Source: Octopus sinensis
Taxonomy: Eukaryota
DNA: 64,000 nt
Direction of reading: 5' to 3'
Assembly (NCBI RefSeq): GCF_006345805.1
Contig: NC_042997.1
Coordinates: 157,108,001 to 157,172,000 of the forward strand
Part shown: piece after piece, positions 13,433 through 26,889 of the stretch
Position numbering within the stretch: the first letter of the stretch is position 1
Layout: every line of letters starts with the position of its first letter
Notes under the pieces: model-generated
Databases searched by the model: none
The model's input: the letters and a program-made list of their open reading frames with translations, nothing else
Told to the model about the DNA's origin: nothing
Translations under genes and position numbers: made by a program

Positions 13433-14244
13433 CGTGCGGGTCCTGAAAAGTTCCTGTTGGATTACATGTACCATGTAGCACACATGAACGATACGCACAA
13501 ATACATATCAATTATGACTAGAGAAACATTTGTCTCTTTCCCACCGTGAAATGCAACAGGGCTATCTTTTCAACCTTACACACACGCACATATGCAGGTC
13601 ATGGCAAAACTGAAGGACCGCTGCAATAAGTGTGTGAATCTGAGAGGAGAATATCTATATATATAAAACTCTAGTTGTGTGAGTGTCTGTCCCCTTCGAT
13701 TTAAATTCCTAACTACTCCCACATTTTGCTGTACAGTTTAACCAAATTCGGGTATCTTATAGTCGTGATTCATATCGAGCCCGTTTGAGTATTAGCGCGC
13801 GTCTACGATGAGTCTACGATTTTAAAAATAATTTAACATAATTTTTTATTCCATTTTAATGCATAATTTTTCGTGTGTCGATGGCGGCGGAGTTGGCGTC
13901 CATGGTCACAACTGCACCTGTTTGCTTCTCCCCCTTCTTCCCTCCCTCGTGAAGCTGTGGGAAAGGGAGTGTAAGGAAATCAACGTCGTAAAGCGTTGTC
14001 AAGGAGACCAGCGTTCTTTTAGAACAACGACTTCATGGCTTGAAGACACCAAAACAGAAATGGCTAAGAAATCCCGAATTGGCATCTATAAGGGAAGTAA
14101 CTCTCTAAAAATGCTTATATAGTTATTTCCCCTACAAACCCGAGCAACGCCGGGCGATACTGCTAGTGTTGAATAAAATCATAAGTAACTGATCGTCATG
14201 TATTTTCTTTTACCCAACGTCAGGAACTTTTCAGTGTCTCTTCG
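13433..14244. mobile_element. Mariner-derived MITE interrupted by a Helitron
   Basis: TA-CGTGCGGGTCCTGAAAAGTTCCTG ... CAGGAACTTTTCAGTGTCTCTTCG-TA: imperfect TIRs with a TA TSD. A partial relative lies at ~36938-37100. Confidence 0.7.
13654..14166 (+). mobile_element. Non-autonomous Helitron nested in a mariner MITE
   Basis: A|TCTATATATATAAAA...CCCGAGCAACGCCGGG (hairpin) CGATACTGCTAG|T, with no TSD. Removing it restores gagaggagaata-tgttgaataaaatcataa, matching the uninterrupted copy near 37070-37100. Confidence 0.85.
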
Positions 14245-14954
14245 TATACTGGCAGCTACTCGATTTCCAGCCATGCTGTCGCTTGATTGCTCCCTTAAAG
14301 TAGCACCGATGTAGCTTTTCAATCCTGTTTGGGAACCACGCTTTTTGCACAAATGTGGTAATGATGAAGATCTCTTGCTGCAGGTGTTCAGAGAGTTACC
14401 ACCCACGCTGACACATGTCTTCATTTCGTCATGGAAGTTTTCATTGTTATGCTTTTATTTTCGACCACGGTCATCCATTGTAAATAACACATAATTGGGG
14501 TATTAATAGTCAAGTGATGCCTGCATCCGATGCTTCTTAAAGTGAAGAAAAACCTTGTGCAGAGCCAATCCCACTCATTAAACAACGAATGCAGTTGCTC
14601 AAATAACACTAATCTACATTAATGGACGTAAATGATGTTGAAAATGTTACATAAGAGTTTTCCTTCTCCCAGAGAGATATATAAACAAAAATTAGGGGTC
14701 TTTCACAACCAGCTGTTGAATTGCTGTTAACTCTACTGAGTTCATCCGCCCTTTGAAAGGTTTTGTTTTTCGTCTTGCAGGGTGTCTAATGAGAACCCTC
14801 TGTTTACTAAGCTGGCTTTGTAGAGTTGCTGGTTTTGTCGCCGACGTGCACACACACACATGAATATATACATATACACACCCGCATATACATATATATA
14901 CACACACACACGAACACATAAATACATGTTTGGATACATAAATATATATACATG

Positions 14955-15093
14955 CATGGCTGTGGTAAGAAGTTGTGTGGTAAGAAGCTTGCTTCCCAGC
15001 CACATGGTACCGGATTCAGTCCCACTGCGTGGGACCTGGAGCAAGTGTCCTCTACTATCACCTCAGGTTGACCAAAGCCTTGAAAGAAGCTCG

Positions 15094-15142
<49 letters not shown>

Positions 15143-15390
15143 TGTATGTGTGTACATGCGTGTGTGTATGTGTGTGTCATTGTGTCTACGTTTATCCCCA
15201 CCACAGCTTGTCAACCGGTTTAGGTATTTTTACTGCACCGTAACTTAAAGGTTCAGCAAAAGAGACCAATAGAATAAGTACTAGATTTTAAAAGATGTCA
15301 TGGGTTGGATTTGCTCGACTAAAACCCTTCAGGGCGGTGTCCCAGCATGGCCGCAATTAAATAACTGAAAAGCAAAAGGTAAAAAGAATA
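14955..15390 (+). mobile_element. SINE family A copy
   Basis: Homologous to 1268-1690. Confidence 0.75.
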
Positions 15391-15425
15391 TACATACATA
15401 CATACATACATACATACATACAATC

Positions 15426-15457
<32 letters not shown>

Positions 15458-15904
15458 ATGTATATGTATGAAAGTAAAATATACATACACATACATAAAC
15501 ACATGTAATAATCTGATAGTTCTCTCCGTCTCTACTCAAGAGTTTCTTACGCTTTGAGATCATTGAAGCAATAAAATGATGACGTAGTGAGAGAGCTTTG
15601 CATAAGGCTATTCTTAAAACTAAATGGATCGCAGCTTCCAGAAAAATAGACGAAATTTTCGACGCGTAGATGTTTCGAAATGTCTGTCTGATGAAGAAAT
15701 AATGACACAAACAATACAAAAGGCAAAAAGGAAACTGTAAAACACTTTAGCTGAAAATAATAGTACCCAGACATGTTTTCGATATGACATGTATAAAAAT
15801 GTTGCTAATCCTTATTATATAGACAAAAATGCTGTCATATGCATGTACACATATTTGCTGATATACACATACATGCGTACATCCATACACTAATACATAC
15901 ACTA

Positions 15905-15935
<31 letters not shown>

Positions 15936-15937
15936 CA

Positions 15938-15984
<47 letters not shown>

Positions 15985-15986
<2 letters not shown>

Positions 15987-16315
15987 TCTCTTTTACTCTT
16001 TTACTTGTTTCAGTCATTTTGACTGTGGACATACTGGAGCACTGCTTTTTAGTCGAAAAAATCGACCCCTAGTACTTATTCTATCAGCCTCTTTGCCGAA
16101 CCGCTAGTTTACATAGGCGTAAACACACCAACATCGGTTATCAAGCGATGGTGGGAGGGACAAACACATACATATATCTATAGATATATATATACGACAG
16201 GCTTCTTTCAGTTTCCGCTTACCAAATCTATTCATAGGGCTTTGGTCGGCCTGAGGCTATAGTAGATGTCTACCCAAGGTCCCATGCAGCGGCACTGAAC
16301 CCCGAACCATGTGGT
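15985..16315 (-). mobile_element. SINE family A copy
   Basis: Reverse-complement homology to 1268-1690. Confidence 0.75.
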
Positions 16316-16604
16316 TCCTGTTTGCTTGAAAGAAGAGTTAAAACTCTCCAAAACCACGCATCTCTCGCTATATGTAAACACACACGGAGAACGTAGCAAA
16401 TAAATTTAGAAAAATGGGTTTCCCATTTGTAAAACTACAAAGAGGAGGATAGATATTCCAGTATCAATTCATTTCGCTTTCTGTGCCGAATTGACACTTA
16501 AAGCTCATCAACTAGACTTACTTGGTAAAATATTTTAAAAAATATGTTTACCTTCCCGTGCGCATCTGTTCAACTGCATATATATATATACATACACACG
16601 CACA

Positions 16605-17444
16605 CAGGATGCGATGGGTAAATAGCCGCCATTTTAATTTTTATTTTTTAGAATTTTGCTCATGCGCATTGTTTGTTCTTGATTTTGTCGACTACACAAT
16701 CTAGTAGGATCACTTGGGCGCCATCTGTGAGTAAAACAGCACCATGACGCAATTCACTCTGCCAGAAATTTAGAAACGACATGCTGTACTGCTTGGCATT
16801 CGCTCCGGAAGCCCCAGTACGAACATGTACCGAGAGTGATAAAAATGAAACGTCCAGTTAACATCATGGTGTTTAGAGTGATCACTAGTGATGATGACAC
16901 TGTGCCTCCATTCATCTTCCCACAGGGCCTCAGACTCAACACAGAGGCCTACATCAAGTGTCTGGAAGAGGTAATATTGCCCTGGGTCAAGAGGCTGGCT
17001 GCTGGAAGAACCTATGTCTGGCAATAGCACTCTGCACCATGCCACAGGAGAACCCAGCCATGGATGTCAGATATTTTCTGCGACCACATCACCCCAAACA
17101 TCTGGCCGTCTAGCTCTCCAGACTGCAACCTCCTTCATTATGTGTGGGGCGCAGTTGAGCGAGAGACCAACAAAAGTCCTTGTAACACCAAAGATGAACT
17201 GAAGGCAAGAATTATGGCAACATTCACCAACTTAAACAAGAAGACCGTCCAGAAGAGTTGCAGGGGATTCCGAAGTCGTCTGGAGGCCGTGGTTGAACCC
17301 AATGGTGATTTTATTAAATAGATTTACTCTTTAGTATTTCAAGACATTTTTATGTAATTTTGGTAAATGTATCTGTTAAAATGAAATGTCAGTGTTATTT
17401 TCATTTTTGCGTAATTTAGACGACAATTTATTTACTGCACCCTG
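16605..17444 (+). mobile_element. Internally deleted Tc1/mariner-superfamily element (DDxD, maT-like)
   Basis: KRPVNIMVFRVITSDDDTVPPFIFPQGLRLNTEAYIKCLEEVILPW...YVWQ* and NIWPSSSPDCNLLHYVWGAVERETNK. Ends CAGG.../...CCTG-TA form degenerate TIRs. Confidence 0.8.
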
Positions 17445-17450
17445 TATACA

Positions 17451-17497
<47 letters not shown>

Positions 17498-18286
17498 ATA
17501 TATACACACATTTATTAATATTTAGTAGAAGCAAGACAGTAACTCAAGGCCCGAGAGATTCTTGTGTTGGCACTTATTAATAAAAATATATATACGAGTT
17601 CTATTCCGAGTTCTATTTTTCCTATTTGCACCAGAAAACCTATATGTATGTAGGTCATTATTCAGTTTATTTCAAGATTTCTTGCCAATAGAGGAAGAAC
17701 CGGTTTCTAACCTAGATCCTTCATTGGAATTTCAACATCAACAACAATGTATGTATGTACGAATGTATGTATGTATGTATGTATGTATGTATGTATGTAT
17801 GTATGTATGTATGTATGTATGTATGTATGTATGTATGTATCCTTCTAGGAGAAGGCAACTCAGGTAACTGGGATAACTCTGACATAAAACTTGCGGCTCA
17901 GTGGTTACCTATGATGTTGACTTGTTCTTCTTTTCGGATTATGGCTGCTCGGATTATGGCTGCTGTTGCTTAGTGAGTGGGATTGACTCAGCCTTTCCCC
18001 ACTTTAAAAAAAATCTTATTGCACAGGCATTGCACGATAACAACATTAAGTTTCGTGCAATGGCTATACTCGATAACGAGGGGGCACCCACCATGTATGT
18101 ATGTATGTATGTATGTATGTATGTATGTATGTATGTATGTATGTATGTATGTATGTATGTATGCATGTATGTATGTATCTATATGGAGAAAGAGAGAGAG
18201 AGAGCGAGAGAGAGAAGAAGAGAGAGATAGAGAGAGAGAGAAAGAGAGGGAAAGAGATAAACTCATATAAAAGTATGCACTGCATA

Positions 18287-18688
18287 TCTTTATATATAAA
18301 AGTGAAGTTGTGTGAGTGTCTGTCTCCTTCGATTTAGATTCCTAACTACTCCCACATTTTGCGGTGCAGTTCAACCAAAACCGGGTATCTTATAGTCGTG
18401 ATTCATATCGAGCCCTTCTGGGTATTAGCGTGCGTCTACGATGAGTGTACGATTTAAAAAAAAATTTACCATAATTTTTTCCCATTTTAATGCATTTTTT
18501 TCGCTATTATATAAGGGAAGTAACTCTCTAAAAATGTCTACGATGAGTCAACGATTTTAAAAAAATTTACCATCATTTTTTTTCCATTTTTAATGCATTT
18601 TTTTGCTATGTTTTTGCTATAACCCTCTAAAAATGCTTATATAGTTATTTCCCTTACAAACCCGAGCAACGCCGGGCGACACTGCTAG
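18287..18688 (+). mobile_element. Non-autonomous Helitron, same family
   Basis: A|TC...CTAG|T with the same 5' ~200 bp and 3' hairpin as 13654-14166. It has an internal ~100 bp tandem duplication in place of the central segment. Confidence 0.85.
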
Positions 18689-19451
18689 TTAATATATAAG
18701 AAAACAAGCTGTAATTTAGGGCTGTTAGTTTTAAAACTGTTAAAAAGACATGTACTCACACGTACATACAAACGCTCATGAGCGCACACACACAACACTC
18801 AACACACACACACACACACACATACAGACAAGAGGTAGGTGTGTTGCTGTGTTAAACAACAATGCTTTAATATGTATACATTTGCGAATGGACGGTCTGG
18901 AGACTACAGTGTAAGCAGAGAAGGCCTAGCGGGGATTGAGAACGAGTAAAAAAACGTAAATAGAAGGCAACGACAAAATAGATGATGATTACAAGGGAAA
19001 CAAAAGACGAAGAAAAAACTAGAATGAATACCATGATGATGATGATGATGATGATGGTGGTGGTGGAACAGAAATTACAAACGATGACAAACTTCCAAGT
19101 TGACAAAACTGTGTATGAAATCCGTCTAGATTTTTGTTTCCCCTCGACAGAAGACATCACAGTTTGGAAACACTGAGGTTCTGTCTATGTATGTGCTTTC
19201 ATATTAATGTATGTATGTATGTATGTATGTATGTATGTATGTATGTATGTATGCATGTATGCATGTATGTATGTATGTATGTATGTATGTATGTATGTAT
19301 GTATGTATGTATGTGTGTTTGTGTGTGTGTGTGTTTGCCAATGCGAGTGTATGTGTGCTCGCAATTGTGAATGATAGCATATGTATGTGCATGTGAGCGT
19401 ATCACAGTATATACCATACTGTTGAGTCACTCTTTTACAGCTATGTAGCCT

Positions 19452-19498
<47 letters not shown>

Positions 19499-19620
19499 AC
19501 AAATACACACACTGTTTCTCTCTCTCCCTCTCTTCATATACTTACTCTCGTATACATTTCCTAATGCATAAATACAACAGGCTCATAAAAACACACACAC
19601 GTTCTCTCTCTCTCTCTCAT

Positions 19621-19674
<54 letters not shown>

Positions 19675-19974
19675 AAACACATGTAGGAATGTGGGTGAGA
19701 TGGATGAGTTGCTCCTGTTTCAGTTCTTATATCAGATAAGATTTACAGCCGAGATGAAAATGAAGTCGACATAAACACTGCTACTCGAGTCAACAATATT
19801 TTCTCGACATATATACATGTACCAGTCGTTAAAATTAAAATTTCTTTTGAAATAAAAGAACACCTACCCCTTAAAAACCAGACAGCTTCTCTTTTGTATT
19901 TTATACTTGTTTCAGTCATTGCATTGCGGCCCACAAAGACCCAGATATGTTTTTTAATCTCCTTTTTGTTTCTT

Positions 19975-20895
19975 ATTTTCTTAGGAATTGGACTGCGGCA
20001 CCGCCTTCAAAAATCGACCCCCAAACTTCTGTTTTAATTCTTCCTTTTCTTTTCCTTTTTTTTTTTGCTTTAGTTCTTGTTTTGTAACGTCTGGTACTTA
20101 TTCTATTGTCATCTTTTGCCGGACCGCTAAGTTACGAGTACGTAAATAAACCAGTACCAGTTGTCAAGCCGTTATTGTGTGTGACAAACACAGATACAAA
20201 CAGACATACATTACGACGGGATTTCACACAGTTTCCAACTATTAAATTCACTAACAAAGTATTGGTTGCCCTGGAGCTATAGAAGAAGACACTTACCCAA
20301 GGTGCCGCGCAGTGATTGACTCCGAAGCCACGTGATTGCAAAGTAAGCTTTTAATTCACTTTATATCGACCATTTCGTTTAACTAAGTTTTTTCACCCCT
20401 ATTGAATCAAAATTGCAGGTCAATAAAGTACTGTCAATATAATCATTGAATCTGCTAGATATATCAACGAAATCAATAAAATGAAGACTTCGTCTGACTG
20501 GAGAAACAGCGGACTTAGGATTTACCTTTTGTCTTCAGCTTGTTTCAGTCTTTAGACTGTGGCCATGCAGGGACACCGTCTTGAAGAATTTCTGGTCGAA
20601 CAAATCGACCTAGTGTTTATTTTTTCTAAGTCTGGTACTATCGGTATCTTTTTACCGAACCACTAAGTTACGGGGACGTAAACAAACCAACATCAGTTGT
20701 CATGTGGTGATATAAGACAAACGCAAAAACACACATGCACATACACACCCAAATATATAATACACACACACATATACACGAAGAGCTTTTCTCAGTCTTC
20801 GTCTATCAAATTCAATTACAAAGCTTTGATCAGTCCGGGACTGTAATAGAAGACACGCAGTGGGACTGAACCCGGAACCATGTAGTTGGGAAGCA
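19975..20895 (-). mobile_element. Two diverged SINE family A copies in tandem
   Basis: ccgctaagttacg...gttgtcaagc...cccaaggtgccgcgcagtg near 20120-20345 and a similar unit at 20530-20895. Confidence 0.6.
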
Positions 20896-21710
20896 AAATT
20901 ATTACTATATTGTTTCAGTTTTCTTTGTGTTTTCAGCATTTTTTATAGTCTTTCACTCTATTCTTGCAAAAATTTCCTTCATCAGCTTACATTGATACAG
21001 ACATGGTTGGTTGCGTAGTTTAGAGGTTCATTTCGCAACTACATAGCTTCGATTTTGATCCGATTCCACTGCCCGACAACGTTGGTAACGTTTCCCTTCT
21101 ACTTTAGTCCCTTATCGACAACAATTTTGGCAGTGAAGTTTTGTAGACAGGATCTATATGGAAGCCCGACGAGAGAACCACTGTCCTAGAATGGTAGATA
21201 TAATCATTCGTCTGGTTTATTAACCTTACACGCGCTCTTTGGAAATCTTTGGTCCTGTCCAGTATGTTGCAAATGTTCGCGCCAGGTCTCATACATACAC
21301 ACGTACATACATACATTGTAGAAGACAATTGGTGCCTGAATGTAACTACGACTTGGGATGACTTCAACAAAGGCTAGAAGCCCATCACAACCAAGTAGTC
21401 TTGTGGTGTGCTCGTTCACCATTTCGAATATTTCTACGTTTTCACGCAATAGTTGACCCTATGCAAGGTTCAACTGTACTTTTGACAAGTACTATTTCTT
21501 AACCTGCTGGGTTTTTAACAATCGTTACCAGCAAGCAAGCCTTGTGAAGAGGGATAGTGGTTAAGTCATCGATGATCGACCATGTAGCATGTTGGATTGC
21601 ATGTTCTATGTAGCACACGTGGACGATACATTCAAATATATATCAATTATGACTAGAGAAACGTTTGTCACTTTCCCACCGTGAAATGTAACAGGGCTAT
21701 CTTTTCAACC

Positions 21711-21763
<53 letters not shown>

Positions 21764-22770
21764 CACACACATTCCTTTTTTTTGATTGGTTATTATGTAA
21801 GTGAAGGTATTTCTACCACTGTAGAACAAAAGAAAAAAGAAGAAAGAGAAACTAGACGATGTCCAGTAGGACAGACAACTGTTGAACAGAAACCCTGTGA
21901 CTGACGACAGGATGGAGAAGGTGAAGCCGCGAAAGATAAGCCATATAGAAACCAATAAATATTAAATGTAATGATTCGCCATCGATTTTGACAATATGTA
22001 TTCAGTTGTTCGATCAAGAGAATGATACATTCTTTGATATGATGAGTGAACTACCTGAGTATTCTACAGGTATCCTTAACATAATTCCCAGGGAAAATCA
22101 ACGTGATACAGCGTGTAACATGGTTGAAGCTTTGAATTATATGTATAACACATTTGTCGGGCTTTCGTATAATTTCGGACTATCAAATTTAACTTTCAAT
22201 GTTTGGTTCAAACTAAATCTGTGGTAAAAAAAAAAAAAAATCAACCCTTCTTGTCCAAGATCGTACACACTGAAAATGAAACCTCGTACATGGAAGGCGA
22301 CCTTCTTAACCATTCAGCCATCATACATCCACGACAAACGTTTACCAGTGTTAACTAGTGACACTAAACAAGGGACTAAAAAGCAGTGATTACGGTATAC
22401 TGAGTCTGTCATCCAGCTGTGGATTGACAACGGATGAATAATGACTAATGTCTGGAGAATCACATACGGTAAATTCAATATGATACCAACGTCCTAAACA
22501 AAGAATCGGTGTCTTAGTCATTTTAGAAATAAATATGCACCACTGGGCTCTGCTACGCTCGAGTAGAAGAACAAAATCTGATATTCTGTTTCTATTCCCA
22601 ACTGTAGTATTTTCTCTTTATTTGAATTATTAAAACTCATTTCCTGTCCCTTACAAACCTGAAGTTCATGCCTACTTGGTGAACGCGATATGAAAATCAC
22701 TCCAGTGTATTTCTATAAAGAGACATCTCTTTTGGGGATAGTTTAGATGTGTTTGATACGATGATATTAC

Positions 22771-22810
<40 letters not shown>

Positions 22811-22974
22811 AAAGTCATAAAAATAAAAGGAGAGTAGGCAGCATATATATATATACATACAGACACATATATGTACATACATACATACATAGATACTTAC
22901 ATACAGACAGACACATTTACACACACACACACACACATGCACACACAGACACACACACAGACACATACAGACAC

Positions 22975-23010
<36 letters not shown>

Positions 23011-23269
23011 ACATATATATATATCAACAAAAAGTATTCCACAGGGCCTGAAATTTGGGGGATGGGGCTAGTCGATTACATCGATTCAAAAAAAAAGAAA
23101 AAAAAAATAAAGACAAAGTCGACCTCGGCGATAATTGAATCCAGAACGTTAAGACGGACGAAATGCCGCTAAGCATTTTATCCGGCGTGCTAACGATTCT
23201 GCCAGCTTTAAATGTCGATTAATAAACATAATTAATTTCAGTTCTTATTAATAACTGCATTGTTTCTTT

Positions 23270-24435
23270 TCAGCAACCTGACATCTGACTGTTCAAAGAG
23301 GACTTCCAAGTAACTACTAGTGACTTCTTTTGAAAATGGACACAATTTGGCATCGTGGTGTTATCAAGCTCCTGCACAAAATTCTTCCAACAATATCTAT
23401 GCTGACATTGTTGCTTCATTAGAGGATGACGATCCAGCTTTATCAACAGTGCGAAAATGGACAGCTGAATGGAGGAGGGGAAGGGAAAAATCTTGAAGAT
23501 GACCCAAGATCTGAACCACTTGTAACTGCCACTACCGAGGAAAATATTGATCGTATTCACCACATGGTGATGGATGACAGGCGATTGTCTATAAATTAAA
23601 TAGCCAATGCCTATTAGCATATCCCGTTGGAGAGTTGAGACTATTTTGTACACTGAATTTGGTATGATAGAAGTTTCTGATCTGTGGCTACCACGTCTTC
23701 TGACACCTGATCAAAAGACCACCCTGCTGATCATTTTACGGTAAAATCTGACCTTGTTTGAGACCGATCCAGCTGGTTTCATTGAACGTTTACTCATCCA
23801 GTATAAATGTTGGTTTCATCACTTTGAGTCAGAGACAGAGACAATCCATGCTGTGAAAAGACCCTGTCTCACCTGCTCCAAGGAAGGCCAAGTTCGTTTC
23901 ATCTGCAGGAAAGGTGATGACTTCAGTTTTTCGGATGCAAAAGGCATTGTGTTTATTGACTATCTTCAAAAGGGTCACACCATCAATGGAGAGTTCTGTG
24001 CCAACTTCTTGAGGAAGTTACAAAAGGCTATCAAGACCATGTGCCCAGAAAAACTGACGAAAAGGGTCTTGTTTTATCAGGACAATTCTGCAGCACACAA
24101 GTGCTTGATTTCGATGGCTGCTGTGCGTGCCTGTAGCTTTGAACTGATTGATGATCTTCCCTATTCTCCTGATTTGGCCCCGTCTGTCTATCATCTGTTC
24201 TCCAATATGAAAAAACATTTAGCTGTGGACTAGTGATGATGACGTCATAACTGCTGTAGATGACCTTTTTGACTAACAGGATGACGGCTTCTTTACCAAT
24301 GGGATCCAAGCACCGCAACATCGATGGAAGAAGTGTGTGGCCCACAAGGGGACTATATTGAAAAATATAGCTCATTTGGTCAAATTCCATGAAAATATCT
24401 TTGTCAGCCTCTGAACTTTTCAGCCGACCTTCGTA
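23270..24435 (+). mobile_element. Decayed mariner transposon (transposase pseudogene)
   Basis: ATG at 23336 (MDTIWHRGVIK), then WFHHFESET, DAKGIVFIDYLQKGHTING, FYQDNSAAH and PYSPDLAPSVYHLF, with stops and frameshifts. 3' TIR-like end GAACTTTTCAGCCGACCTTCG-TA. Confidence 0.9.
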
Positions 24436-24698
24436 TACAAAAAGATCATGGCTGCAAGAGCAGCAACAAAAGAAGCAACAACAATAACGACGACAACGAC
24501 AATAGTGTTTGTTGAAGTGCATAGGGACACTCTCTATGTGATGGCTTCATATGCTAGAAAGAACAGCCAAATCCTTTAGATCACAACCCACCACTCTAGA
24601 TAAGGGAGTGGCACGTTTAATAATGTAGTCCCACATTTCTTTAAAAAGAAGAGATGGTCACGGCTAAACAACAGTAACAAGTCTAACTCTAGCTGCTG

Positions 24699-24754
<56 letters not shown>

Positions 24755-25689
24755 ACTACTACTACTTACTACTACTACTACTACTACTTGAAAAGGACGG
24801 AAGATAACTTCAACTTAATTAGAATAGAATATAGAAGACCGAGGATTTGAACGCTGAATGTAGAAAGAACAGCAATCACGGTTGTTTTGTTCTTCGGAAT
24901 TGGTCACCAGAGATTCTGCACTGAGGAGTAGATTCTCCTTTCCAATGTTACTTTCCAGTTTTTAGCATTGAGAAAAAAACAAAATATGAATTGGATCATC
25001 TCCTTCCCTAGTTTTCGACAGATATATTAACTAACTGCTCCGAGTGCTGTTATTTGAGTATCTCGTATCAGGTTGGATTTCTTTCGATGACAGAATAAAT
25101 GTGTGTTGTTCATAGACATTTTGGTGCCGAAAATACCTAAAAAAAAATCCTAACATTGTAGCAGCACCGTCAACATTCTAAGCGTAGGAAATCTAACTAA
25201 ACTATTTCGGAAGTTATTCAGAAATTTATTGAGCTCCATAATGCTAAAACAGGAGCAAATATATCTTAAGTGTTTGAAGGAAAGAGCACGCCATATCACT
25301 CATTTTTTTCTTTGCTGTCTCGAAAGATTAGTGGGTTTCACGAAGAAGACTACATATGAAATAAATCACTCAAACACCGTCTTTAGTTGCTCCATAGAGA
25401 AAATCAAGCCAACATTAGTTAAGCAGTTTTGTTTGATTTATAGAATTGCTGATATAATTCACTGATCGTTGTAATCAGCTTTCCCTTCGTGATATGTTAG
25501 CGTAATTCAGTAGGGATTATAGTTTATCAGAAAAAAATAGTCTAGCAATCCATCATAGTCTATTACATATAGGTCGTATGGTATGAGGATTATGGCACCC
25601 GTTCAATGCACGTATTGATCAAAACGGTTTATAAGCAGAAGGGAAACTAAATTTGATCATGTAAAAAAAAATTTAATTCAGGGAGTCAC

Positions 25690-25970
25690 TCCAGATCGAG
25701 CCTCTAGTTATCCGCATTGAGAGGTCAGAGTCCCGATAATACAGAATGTACTTAGAATGCTGAAGCAAAGATCGCAAGACAGATTCTTCAAGCCGAGTCA
25801 ACCGGTAGGAAGACCTAGGGGCATACCACTAGAAAGATGGTTGAATAATGTCTACAGTCTTAGTTGATCACGCTTGGAAATCCAGAAAGTGTGTCGATGG
25901 TTGCTTCTGATGGGAACCTACGGAAGAGGTGCTTGAGGACTCTATTCCCACGATTCTCCCAGGAACAGTG
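25690..25970 (+). mobile_element. Decayed RTE-like LINE 3' coding end
   Basis: Pieces QIEPLVIRIERS...ARQILQA...GR.(T/P)RGIPLERWLNNV resemble the GxRxRGRPxxRW C-terminus of RTE ORFs. Confidence 0.45.
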
Positions 25971-26548
25971 CTCAGCGAAAATAGATGCGTTGTAGACCAA
26001 GTGGAGAGGTGCTCGCGAACTGAGCTTGTAATGTGGTTTCAATACCAGATGCTAGTAATTTGATTTCTGTCACACGCGAGAATGGTACAAGCTTCAAAAC
26101 TTCTTTCATCATCTGTCGAAATGCAGTGAACCAGTCAGTGATTGGTCGCTGGAAACTTGTGAGCAACGAAGTTAAAGTGCACGCATAGCAATATAAAATA
26201 TAAAATACGATAAGCAAATGCGACTAATTATTCTCTGATGAATAACTAATTATTCGTTGAATAAAATTTATTCACGAAACAGTTTGAATAAATAATTTTA
26301 AGCAAGTTGAGTAAATATTAATCGTATATTTAAGATAAAAGATTTGGCATCACTGTATTCTTAGGTAGATCGAGTGACGAGTCTAACTGATGTCAAAATT
26401 AATTGCATCTCATTATGACATTAAATTAAATTTGTATGCAAAATCTGGAAATATTTTAAATTCTTCAAATATTTTGAATATAAAATAAAAATACCTCTTG
26501 ATAATCGGAGATTAAATTTCAGCTGTACAGGAATAGTGCATCCCTTTG

Positions 26549-26607
<59 letters not shown>

Positions 26608-26889
26608 TCCCTGCAAGAAGTGCAAAAGATTGTCTTAACTGGTACATCACACGTATTGAGAAGAGCATTGTCGCTGTGAGAGCTGTTACTGCCCATGTAT
26701 TTTAATTTAACCTTAAAAAAGAAAAAAAAATGAACGAACTATTGAGTTTGGTTTAATGGCCAATCAATGTATACTATGAGTTTCTTAGCCCTAGGAGTCG
26801 GGAAGACGGTCGGCAAGAAATGGAAGCAAATTTGAAAGAAGAAGAAAAAAAAAAAATAATAATAATAATAATAATTATTATTATTATTG

